DNA of 36,671 nt from a virus. Taxonomy: Duplodnaviria > Caudoviricetes. The stretch lies in the IMG/VR virus record IMGVR_UViG_3300042244_000017, positions 1 to 36,671 of that record; one strand, given 5' to 3'. The translations under genes were made by a program, and so were the position numbers. This document shows positions 1 through 7,138 of the stretch, piece by piece (within the stretch, counting starts at the first letter, position 1; each line of letters opens with the position of its first letter). The notes below the pieces were generated by a model. It was not told where the DNA came from. It saw only the letters and a list, made by a program, of their open reading frames with translations, and made no database searches.

Positions 1-93
1 GCGTTTGTAGCGAAAATCAGCTACTTTCCCGGACTTGCCGCCCCGTTTTGTCCCAGCCTTCGAATTCCTGTCCGGCGGGAGAAATTCCGCCAT
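1..93 (-). CDS. 5' fragment of a probable host gene, divergent from the tRNA
   Basis: ATG at 93 on the minus strand stays open to the window edge (MAEFLPPDRNSKAGTKRGGKSGKVADFRYKR...). Too short to identify. Confidence 0.3.
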   Translation of the reverse strand, partial: MAEFLPPDRNSKAGTKRGGKSGKVADFRYKR

Positions 94-264
94 GATCGTG
101 CAACTTTCATATCACTGCCCGCACGTTCCGGCGGGCAGCACTTGGGGCCAAGCTAACCCAAGCACTGCGCAAGAGCAAGCAACGCCGCGCTTGACCTTGC
201 CGCCGCACAAAACTAGGGAGCGCGCTCGCTGATGCCACCCGCAAGTTTCGGGGGCATGGCCTGT

Positions 265-338
265 TGCCCCGTCGTCTAACGGCAAGACTACGGACTCTGA
301 CTCCGTCAATTGAGGTTCGAATCCTCACGGGGCATCCA
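265..338 (+). tRNA. tRNA-Gln(CTG), probable prophage integration target
   Basis: Acceptor stem TGCCCCG/CGGGGCA, anticodon stem ACGGA/TCCGT with loop CTCTGAC (CTG at 297-299), T-loop TTCGAAT, encoded CCA at 336-338. Confidence 0.96.
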
Positions 339-497
339 GCCAACGATCTCACAAATGCTCAGAGGAACTCAAAGGGATCGAAAATCCCCGTATTTGCCTC
401 GTTTTTGTGTCTCACGGCGGCTCTCAACATATCATTGCAGCCCGCACAGCTTGTTGTGTAAGCGTTGTGTAAATCAACCTTGGGTTGGAGCAGAACT

Positions 498-1724
498 ATG
501 GGCCTCACCGTCACCGAGATCAGGAACGCGAAGCCGCAGGCCGCTCGCACCAAATTGACCGACTCGGGGGGCCTTGTCCTTGAGGTCAGCCCCAAGGGCG
601 TCAAAACATGGAAGCTGCAATTCCGCCACCGGGGGAAGCAGCGCACCTTATCGCTCGGACGGTGGCCGGATCATTCTCTTGCCGAGGCTCGCGAATGGCG
701 CGAGGCAATCAAAGCCAAACTGCGGCAGGGCCAAGACCCTATCGCCGATGTGCGCGCGGCTAAGCGTGAGCAAGTGATCGGCGCGGTGACGTTCGAAGAG
801 ATCGCGCGCGAGTTTCTCGACAAGCAGGCGGGGGTGTTGGACGCCCGATATCACGCTTGGGTCGTGGCCCGGTTCGACAACGATGTCTTTCCTGAGATCG
901 GCGCAAACCCCTTGGCCGACTTCTCGCACGCGGATGTGTTGCGGTTAATCCGGCGCTTCGAGAAGCGCGATGCGATCGAGATCGGGCGCAAGACCCTAGG
1001 TTACGTTTCGAAGGTGATGCAGTATGGAATCGCGAAGGGCCTGTTGGTGCAGAACCCGGTGCCCAACGCTCTCCCTGCGATGAAGCCGAAGCCGAAGGTG
1101 CAGCACTTCGCCAAGCTGCCTGCGGCGCGGCTACCGGAGTTCTTCGAGCGGCTGAGCAGATCGGGCGCTGACCCGGTGACGCTGCTCGCGATCCGGTGGA
1201 CGATGCTGACGATGGTGCGAACCAACGAGACCCGCTTTGCCCGCCCCGAGGAGATCGAGGGCCTGAGCGCGGGAAACCCGATCTGGCGAATACCTGCCGA
1301 CCGGATGAAGATGTCCCGCGAGCACATTGTCCCGCTGCCCAAGCAGGCGGTCGCACTGCTCGACGCGATCGAGGCCGTGCGGGTCGCCAGCGGCAGCCCG
1401 TGGATGTTCCCCCAAACGACCAACGCGAAGAAGGCTATCAGCGAGAACCGGATGCTCTATTGCCTCTACGATCTTGGTTACAAGGGAGTCGCGACGATGC
1501 ACGGCTTCCGGGGCTTGGCCTCGACCGTGCTCAACGAGCAGGTGGACAAGCGGGGCACCAGGCTCTTTGATCGGGACTGGATCGAGTTGCAGCTTGCGCA
1601 CGATGAGTCGTCCGACGTGCGCGCGGCATACAACGCCGCCGAGTATCTCGGGCCTCGCCGTCGGATGCTGCAATGGTGGGCGAACTATCTCGTCGATCAG
1701 GAAGCTATCGGGAAATTGCTCTAA
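498..1724 (+). CDS. int: Tyrosine integrase, P4-like with N-terminal arm-binding domain
   Basis: GGAG SD at 487-490 before ATG 498. N-terminal 'DSGGLVLEVSPKGVKTWKLQFR...LSLGRWPDHSLAEAR'; catalytic R (VRTNE), K (MKM), HGFR, LAH and Y (AAYN). Confidence 0.96.
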   Translation: MGLTVTEIRNAKPQAARTKLTDSGGLVLEVSPKGVKTWKLQFRHRGKQRTLSLGRWPDHSLAEAREWREAIKAKLRQGQDPIADVRAAKREQVIGAVTFEEIAREFLDKQAGVLDARYHAWVVARFDNDVFPEIGANPLADFSHADVLRLIRRFEKRDAIEIGRKTLGYVSKVMQYGIAKGLLVQNPVPNALPAMKPKPKVQHFAKLPAARLPEFFERLSRSGADPVTLLAIRWTMLTMVRTNETRFARPEEIEGLSAGNPIWRIPADRMKMSREHIVPLPKQAVALLDAIEAVRVASGSPWMFPQTTNAKKAISENRMLYCLYDLGYKGVATMHGFRGLASTVLNEQVDKRGTRLFDRDWIELQLAHDESSDVRAAYNAAEYLGPRRRMLQWWANYLVDQEAIGKLL

Positions 1725-1726
1725 TC

Positions 1727-1741
1727 TCACTTTTAAGTTGA
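1727..1741. promoter_or_regulatory. 15-bp operator-like motif
   Basis: TCACTTTTAAGTTGA between int and alpA. Confidence 0.7.
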
Positions 1742-1771
1742 ACTGTATGCTGGTCTCGGTATGAGAGTCTC

Positions 1772-2008
1772 ATGCACGCTCATTCGATATCACAAGAACA
1801 GGGAACGTGGTGGCGGCTCCCGAAAGTCATGGAAGAAACCGGGCTTTCGCGGGCGACGATCTATCGCCTGATGGGGCGCGGAAACTTCCCGCACAACCGC
1901 GCGCTGCGCAGCGCGCGGGCGAAGGTTTGGATTGCGAGTGAGGTGCTCGACTGGAAAGCCGAAGAGATGGTTCCTGTCGCCGATGCGGGGATCGGGGACC
2001 TTTTGTGA
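1772..2008 (+). CDS. alpA: AlpA-family excisionase/regulator
   Basis: 'RLPKVMEETGLSRATIYRLMGRGNFP...W..SEV..W' winged-HTH pattern, adjacent to the integrase. Confidence 0.88.
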   Translation: MHAHSISQEQGTWWRLPKVMEETGLSRATIYRLMGRGNFPHNRALRSARAKVWIASEVLDWKAEEMVPVADAGIGDLL

Positions 2009-3285
2009 CGCGCGCTTATTACAACGAGTTCGATACGCACGCCGCCCAATGGCTGCGTAATCTCATCGACGCGGGGCTGATTGCCTTCGGCGACGTTGAC
2101 GAAAGGGATATCCGTGACATCACTCCAAACGAATTGCGCGGTTACACGCAATGCCACTTCTTCGCCGGGATCGGAGTCTGGTCTTCCGCTCTGCGGCTCG
2201 CCGGATGGCCTGATGATCGACCAGTGTGGACAGGAAGCCCACCCTGCCAACCTTTCAGCGCGGCAGGCCGAGGAGCGGGGGTTGCTGATGAGCGGCACCT
2301 ATGGCCGCATTGGCACCATCTCATCCGAGAGTGCCGACCTGTGCAAGTCTTTGGTGAGCAAGTTGCGTCGAAGGACGGACTTGGTTGGCTCGACCTTGTT
2401 CAATCTGACATGGAAGGATCGGGTTACGCCGGGGGGGCGGTCGATCTCTGCGCTGCGGGCGTCGGTGCTCCGCACATCCGCCAGCGGCAGTTCTTCTTCT
2501 TCTCGGCCCTCGGGGCATCCTACGCCGCGCGCAACGGATGGGGAGAAGAACGTCCGTTCAATCGAAGGCTCGGATCGGGAGATTGCCCGGAAGGGTGGCC
2601 CGCAGGATTTGGCACAATCGGCGGCATTGAGCGGTTGGATTACAGCCGCAGCGAGGGACTACAAGGACTCGCCGGGAATGGCTCTGACGCGCGAGGACGG
2701 GCGCTCGCGGATCGATCAGCTTCCGAGGCAGGCGCAGTTGTCACATTGGCCGACGCCGATGGCGGGCAATTCGGGCAAGCCGGGAGCCTACAATCCAGCG
2801 GGGAACACGGACAGCAGCCGGAAAACGGTGGCACTGGTGGGCGGCCCGGTAGCCCTGAGCGAAGCGGATCGGATGGACTTAACCTATTGGCAAACTCCGA
2901 CGGTGGATCAGTTTCGGTCTCGGGGCGGAGACCGGAAGGCGGAGATGGGGAACGACCAGATTGTTCGGACTCTGCATTTGGCACCGGGCGGACCAGCCCG
3001 ACTAACGGTTTCTGGCGAGATGTTGATTGGCTCTTCTGCCGAGATGGAAAGTGGCGGCCAGTTGAACCCGGCACATTCCCTTTGGTTGATGGGGCTACCT
3101 TTCGACTGGATTCTGGCAGCCCCTTTGCAGGAAAGTCGCGCGCGCAAATCCTCAAGGGTGCAGGGAACGCAATCGTCAGGGACGCGGCGGCTCACGTCAT
3201 CGGGTCGTTCCTCGAAGCAGAAGCCGATGAGATTGCAGCTTTGGATGCTCGAAGCTGCGTCAATCTGATCGGGGACCTTCTGTGA
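2005..3285 (+). CDS. C5-cytosine DNA methyltransferase, catalytic (alpha-like) chain
   Basis: Motif I FFAGIG, IV GSPPCQPFS, VI GEQV, VIII APHIRQR and X LKGAGNAIV are present. No clear motif IX; the middle region is G/S-rich and low complexity. Confidence 0.9.
   Translation: MTRAYYNEFDTHAAQWLRNLIDAGLIAFGDVDERDIRDITPNELRGYTQCHFFAGIGVWSSALRLAGWPDDRPVWTGSPPCQPFSAAGRGAGVADERHLWPHWHHLIRECRPVQVFGEQVASKDGLGWLDLVQSDMEGSGYAGGAVDLCAAGVGAPHIRQRQFFFFSALGASYAARNGWGEERPFNRRLGSGDCPEGWPAGFGTIGGIERLDYSRSEGLQGLAGNGSDARGRALADRSASEAGAVVTLADADGGQFGQAGSLQSSGEHGQQPENGGTGGRPGSPERSGSDGLNLLANSDGGSVSVSGRRPEGGDGERPDCSDSAFGTGRTSPTNGFWRDVDWLFCRDGKWRPVEPGTFPLVDGATFRLDSGSPFAGKSRAQILKGAGNAIVRDAAAHVIGSFLEAEADEIAALDARSCVNLIGDLL
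2081..3268 (+). CDS. Overlapping +1-frame ORF: probable MTase beta-like chain (TRD cassettes plus motif IX); start uncertain (ATG 2213 or 2288)
   Basis: 395 open codons inside the MTase gene. Contains motif IX-like QLNPAHSLWLMGLPFDW at 3059 and four [W/H]xT[P/A] repeats. Confidence 0.75.
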   Translation: MPSATLTKGISVTSLQTNCAVTRNATSSPGSESGLPLCGSPDGLMIDQCGQEAHPANLSARQAEERGLLMSGTYGRIGTISSESADLCKSLVSKLRRRTDLVGSTLFNLTWKDRVTPGGRSISALRASVLRTSASGSSSSSRPSGHPTPRATDGEKNVRSIEGSDREIARKGGPQDLAQSAALSGWITAAARDYKDSPGMALTREDGRSRIDQLPRQAQLSHWPTPMAGNSGKPGAYNPAGNTDSSRKTVALVGGPVALSEADRMDLTYWQTPTVDQFRSRGGDRKAEMGNDQIVRTLHLAPGGPARLTVSGEMLIGSSAEMESGGQLNPAHSLWLMGLPFDWILAAPLQESRARKSSRVQGTQSSGTRRLTSSGRSSKQKPMRLQLWMLEAASI

Positions 3286-4004
3286 GCAACATTGACGATC
3301 TGCTCGGCGGCGCTCCGACGGCGCCACAACCGACCGAGCGCGAGCAGCGGCGCATTGAATCCGCACATCGGCTTGCCAAAGAGGCCGCGATCAAGGCGGC
3401 GGGGCACGGGGGCACGTTCGTCGAGATGGGCGCGCTCAAGCGCCCGGTTTCGCAGAACTTCCTCGCCGAAGTGTTCGACATGGACCCGGCGACCGTTCGC
3501 AAGCGATTGGTGCGGTGCCCAAAACTCGGCATGGCCGGGGGCAACCGCCCGATCTACGACTTCAAGACCGCTTGCTCATACCTGCTCCCGCCCAAAATGA
3601 CGGCGGAAGAGTTCATCAAGACTCTGCACCATCTGAAACTGCCGCCTGAGGTCAACAAGACCTTCTGGCAGGGCCTTCGCGAGCGACTCCGGTTTTTGCG
3701 TGAGGCTGGCGAACTTTGGAACACGACCGACATTCTCAAAGTCTTCGGCCAGGTCAATATGATGTTCAAGGATCGCATCGATATGTGGGTTGAGGATATC
3801 CGCGATCTTCGCGGCATTTCGGACGAGCACGTCGAGAAGATCGAGCAGATGGCTCACGCGCTCAAGAACGACCTCTATCAAGACCTTGTGACTGCCCCGG
3901 CTCGCGGGGAGACCCGTAGCGTGCGCGATAGCGAGGACCCGCTGGCACCCGCCTCGCACGATGACACGGTGATCGATGAGGACATGATTTCCGATGCGAT
4001 TTAG
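3282..4004 (+). CDS. terS: Terminase small subunit (DUF1441/Nu1-like)
   Basis: HTH 'SQNFLAEVFDMDPATVRKRL', then 'LPPEVNKTFW...REAGELWNT'; lies upstream of TerL. Confidence 0.8.
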   Translation: MSNIDDLLGGAPTAPQPTEREQRRIESAHRLAKEAAIKAAGHGGTFVEMGALKRPVSQNFLAEVFDMDPATVRKRLVRCPKLGMAGGNRPIYDFKTACSYLLPPKMTAEEFIKTLHHLKLPPEVNKTFWQGLRERLRFLREAGELWNTTDILKVFGQVNMMFKDRIDMWVEDIRDLRGISDEHVEKIEQMAHALKNDLYQDLVTAPARGETRSVRDSEDPLAPASHDDTVIDEDMISDAI

Positions 4005-4386
4005 CACTGACACTTATGACGGGATTGCACGGCGCCTTGCCTCGCAGAATCCCAATATGCTCGTGCCTTGGTGGCTCATGGCCGCTTTCATGTATGAGGT
4101 CGAGAACGATCCCTTTCTGAGCGACGGCTGCTTCGATTGGCTCTCTGCCGAACTGTTCTCGAAGTGGGATGAGGTCGAGCATCGCCACAAGACCCTCATC
4201 GATCGTGACGGGCTGCGGGCCGGGACGGGACTGGCTGCCGATCTCCAAAACCTACCGACACTTATCAAGGACGCGGCGCGGCACCTTGTTTGCAAATACG
4301 CCAACGCGGCAGAAATTGGGGCGGTTGCATTCGACATCGACGATCTGCTCGGCGGATCGAATACCGGGATCGATGATTTGCTATGA
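3994..4386 (+). CDS. Stand-alone NAD+-dependent DNA ligase domain Ia-like protein
   Basis: 'AAFMYEVENDPFLSDGCFDWLSAEL' resembles the LigA Ia signature YY..D.P.ISD.EYD.L..EL. Coupled to TerS and TerL. Confidence 0.6.
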   Translation: MRFSTDTYDGIARRLASQNPNMLVPWWLMAAFMYEVENDPFLSDGCFDWLSAELFSKWDEVEHRHKTLIDRDGLRAGTGLAADLQNLPTLIKDAARHLVCKYANAAEIGAVAFDIDDLLGGSNTGIDDLL

Positions 4387-6503
4387 GACTCCCACAAGCC
4401 ACATTTCCGTCAATCGAGCACATCGTTTCCGCCAGTGCGGAAGGCGTGCGGCCCGCTGAGCGCCTGAGTGTATCAGAGGCCGCAGCGAAGTATCACATCG
4501 TCAACAATCCCGGCTCCTACGTCGGCCCGTTCTCGCTCGACAAGGCACCATACCTGATCGAGCCGATGGACGAGATGACGAGCCTTGATCTCAAGGCAGT
4601 CGTGTTCGTCGGTCCCGCTCGGACGGGCAAGTCTGCGATGCTCATCAACTGGCTTTGCCACACTGCGATCTGCGACCCCGCCGATATGCTGGTTGTCCAC
4701 ATGACGCAGAGCACAGCCCGCGATTGGTCCCAAGCCGATCTCGATAAGGCTGTGCGGAACTCACCCGAACTTAGGGCGCGCATGGTGCCCGGTCGCCAGA
4801 ACGACAACGTGCATGACAAGTCGTTCCTGTCGGGAATGCGGCTGCTCATCAAATGGCCGTCGATCACAGAACTTTCCGGCAAGACGATCCCGCGGCAGTT
4901 CCTTATGGACTACGACCGTATGCCGGACTCAATCGGCGGCGAAGGCAACGCTTTCGATCTGACCAAAAAGCGCGGGCAGACCTTCAAGCGGCGTGCGATG
5001 TGCGTTGCCGAATCTTCGCCCGGTCGTGATGTCACGAACGCAAAGTGGGTTGCGAACTCGCCACATGAGGCTCCGCCCGCAACAGGCATTCTCGATCTCT
5101 ATAACCGCGGGGATCGCCGCCGCTGGTATTGGCGTTGTCCTTGGTGCGATGAAGCATTCGAGCCAGCTTTCGGGCTTCTCAGCTACCCCGAAAGCCGAGA
5201 TCACCTTGAAGCCGCTGAGCAGGTGGTGATGGGTTGCCCGCATTGCGGCGGCGTGATGACGCCAGATCAACAGCACGAACTCAACCTCGGCGGTCGCTGG
5301 GTTAAGGACGGCGCGGTGTGGTTGCCCGATGGGTCGATGGTGCCCAAGGACGGCCACACCATTCGCCGAAGCGAGATCGCCTCATTCTGGATGAAGGGGC
5401 CAGCGGCCAGTTTCACCAACTGGAAAGAACTCGTCGTGAAGTATCTCGACGCATCCGAAGCCTGGGAAAAGAACGCCGACGAAGAATCTCTGCGCACGAC
5501 GGTCAACGTCGATCAAGGTGAGCCGTATATCCCGAAGGCTATGGAAGCGGGACGGTTGCCAGAAGAACTCGCGTCGCGCGCTGCCCATTGGGGCGGATCG
5601 CGGGCTGAGCCGGTTGTGCCTGAGGGCGTCCGTTTTCTCGTCACCACGGTTGACGTGCAGGCGCGCTCGTTCGTGGTGCAGGTTCACGGTATCGGTGTCG
5701 GCAACGATATCTGGCTGGTCGATTTCTTCAAGATCAGGAAGAGCCGATATCGGCATGACGATAACGGGGAAAAAGCGATCATCGATCCTGCGGCCTACCC
5801 CGAGGATTGGAATACGCTGATCGACGAGGTGATTGAGCGAACCTATCCCCTGGCCGACGGCAGTGGGCGTCGGATGCAGGTGAAACTCATTGGTTGCGAC
5901 TCTGGCGGTAAGGCAGGCGTCACCTCGAAGGCTTACCAGTTCTGGCGCTCGCTGCGTGACGATGACAAGGGCCGTCAGCATCACAGTCGTTTCCAATTGG
6001 TGAAAGGCGAGGCAAAACCTTCGACCCCACGCTATCGGAAGACCTATCCCGATTCGAACCGCAAAGACCGGAACAGCGGCGCGCGCGGTGACGTGCCCGT
6101 CGTTTTCCTCAATTCCGACACGCTCAAGGATACGGTCAGCGGGATGCTCGGTCGTATCGAGGCCGAGGGCGGGCGAATCAACTTCCCGATCTGGTATGAC
6201 GAGCGAGGGAAGCAAGAGGACCTCGGGTGGCTGTATTCGCAGCTTACGGCGGAAATCCGCACTGACAAAGGATGGCAAGCCAACGGCGGGCGACGCAACG
6301 AAGCGTTCGATCTTCTTTACTACACAATCGGCCTCTGCCTCGATCCTAGGATCGCATTGGAGAAGATCGATTGGTTCAATCCGCCTAAGTGGGCCGAAGA
6401 ATGGGACCAAAATAATCTCGTCTTTGACGGCAACGAGGGGCCGAGGTTTGCGCCGCAGGTGCGCAAGACTGATCTTGCCGCTTTGGGCGACCTTCTGACT
6501 TGA
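4383..6503 (+). CDS. terL: Terminase large subunit, lambda gpA family
   Basis: Walker A GPARTGKS, Walker B MDYDR, CPWC/CPHC Zn motifs, nuclease motifs VDVQ, DSGG and NEAFDL. Confidence 0.96.
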   Translation: MRLPQATFPSIEHIVSASAEGVRPAERLSVSEAAAKYHIVNNPGSYVGPFSLDKAPYLIEPMDEMTSLDLKAVVFVGPARTGKSAMLINWLCHTAICDPADMLVVHMTQSTARDWSQADLDKAVRNSPELRARMVPGRQNDNVHDKSFLSGMRLLIKWPSITELSGKTIPRQFLMDYDRMPDSIGGEGNAFDLTKKRGQTFKRRAMCVAESSPGRDVTNAKWVANSPHEAPPATGILDLYNRGDRRRWYWRCPWCDEAFEPAFGLLSYPESRDHLEAAEQVVMGCPHCGGVMTPDQQHELNLGGRWVKDGAVWLPDGSMVPKDGHTIRRSEIASFWMKGPAASFTNWKELVVKYLDASEAWEKNADEESLRTTVNVDQGEPYIPKAMEAGRLPEELASRAAHWGGSRAEPVVPEGVRFLVTTVDVQARSFVVQVHGIGVGNDIWLVDFFKIRKSRYRHDDNGEKAIIDPAAYPEDWNTLIDEVIERTYPLADGSGRRMQVKLIGCDSGGKAGVTSKAYQFWRSLRDDDKGRQHHSRFQLVKGEAKPSTPRYRKTYPDSNRKDRNSGARGDVPVVFLNSDTLKDTVSGMLGRIEAEGGRINFPIWYDERGKQEDLGWLYSQLTAEIRTDKGWQANGGRRNEAFDLLYYTIGLCLDPRIALEKIDWFNPPKWAEEWDQNNLVFDGNEGPRFAPQVRKTDLAALGDLLT

Positions 6504-6538
6504 CGATTTATCAACTTTTCGATGTCAGTCTAAAGACC

Positions 6539-6856
6539 ATGCACCATATTATCGCACTCGCTCTGCTTCTTTCTGCAAGCCCCCAAACCGTGATAGAAGA
6601 TATCAAGGTGGCTCGCGAAGCCTATCGTCAGTGCGTGATTGACGAGGCGGTCAGACTCGGTGGGAACAACAACGAAAGCGCCGAAACGATCTTGTCTGCC
6701 GTTGCTTCGGTGTGCCGGGATCGCGAAGATGCAGCGCGAACAGCTTATGCTCGCGCCCCTATATCCGATTTGCGGGCCGACGTGTTGTTCAGTCGCGACC
6801 GGCAGCTTGCCCAACAGGATGCGACCGCAGCCCTGCTCAGCGCGCGGGCGTCGTAA
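6539..6856 (+). CDS. Small secreted protein (moron-like insertion)
   Basis: ATG 6539 with signal-like 'MHHIIALALLLSASPQ', two Cys and a helical body. Interrupts the usual terL-gpW adjacency. Confidence 0.6.
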   Translation: MHHIIALALLLSASPQTVIEDIKVAREAYRQCVIDEAVRLGGNNNESAETILSAVASVCRDREDAARTAYARAPISDLRADVLFSRDRQLAQQDATAALLSARAS

Positions 6857-6873
6857 TTTTTCGCAGTAGCATT

Positions 6874-6888
6874 TCACTATTTAGTTGA
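6874..6888. promoter_or_regulatory. 15-bp operator-like motif
   Basis: TCACTATTTAGTTGA upstream of gpW. Confidence 0.7.
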
Positions 6889-6919
6889 AATCCTCATGGG
6901 TGGCGTTAAGGCTCACCTC

Positions 6920-7138
6920 ATGGCGACCCAAGAAGAACTGCTCACCGAAGCCAAGGCGGCTTACCATCGGCTGATGCTCGGCGAGAGTGTTGTCGAGGTG
7001 CGCGATCAATCTGGTGAGAGCATTCGGTATCAGGCGGCTACGGCCTCTCGGCTGCTTGCCTATATCCGCCAGATGGAACCGACCTTTCTGCTTCCGGCAG
7101 CAAACGGGCCAATGCGTTTTGTCGGGGGGCGCCGTTAG
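6920..7138 (+). CDS. Head-tail joining protein, gpW-like
   Basis: 'LTEAKAAYHRLMLGESVVEVRDQSGESIRY...LLAYI' matches the gpW pattern; lies directly before the portal. Confidence 0.88.
   Translation: MATQEELLTEAKAAYHRLMLGESVVEVRDQSGESIRYQAATASRLLAYIRQMEPTFLLPAANGPMRFVGGRR

Noticed and set aside
300-345. att core direct repeat
   Set aside because: I found no second copy of the tRNA 3' end in the window, so the core cannot be delimited.
2431-2504. G7 run (2431-2437) and (TTC)4 (2491-2502) as phase-variation or frameshift sites joining the MTase frames
   Set aside because: The tracts are short, and a single shift into the +1 frame would lose motif X. A two-chain model fits better, although it is not formally proven.
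2500-3000. Intein or intron in the MTase variable region
   Set aside because: No intein C-terminal HN-C/S/T, no LAGLIDADG or HNH motif, and no intron structure seen.
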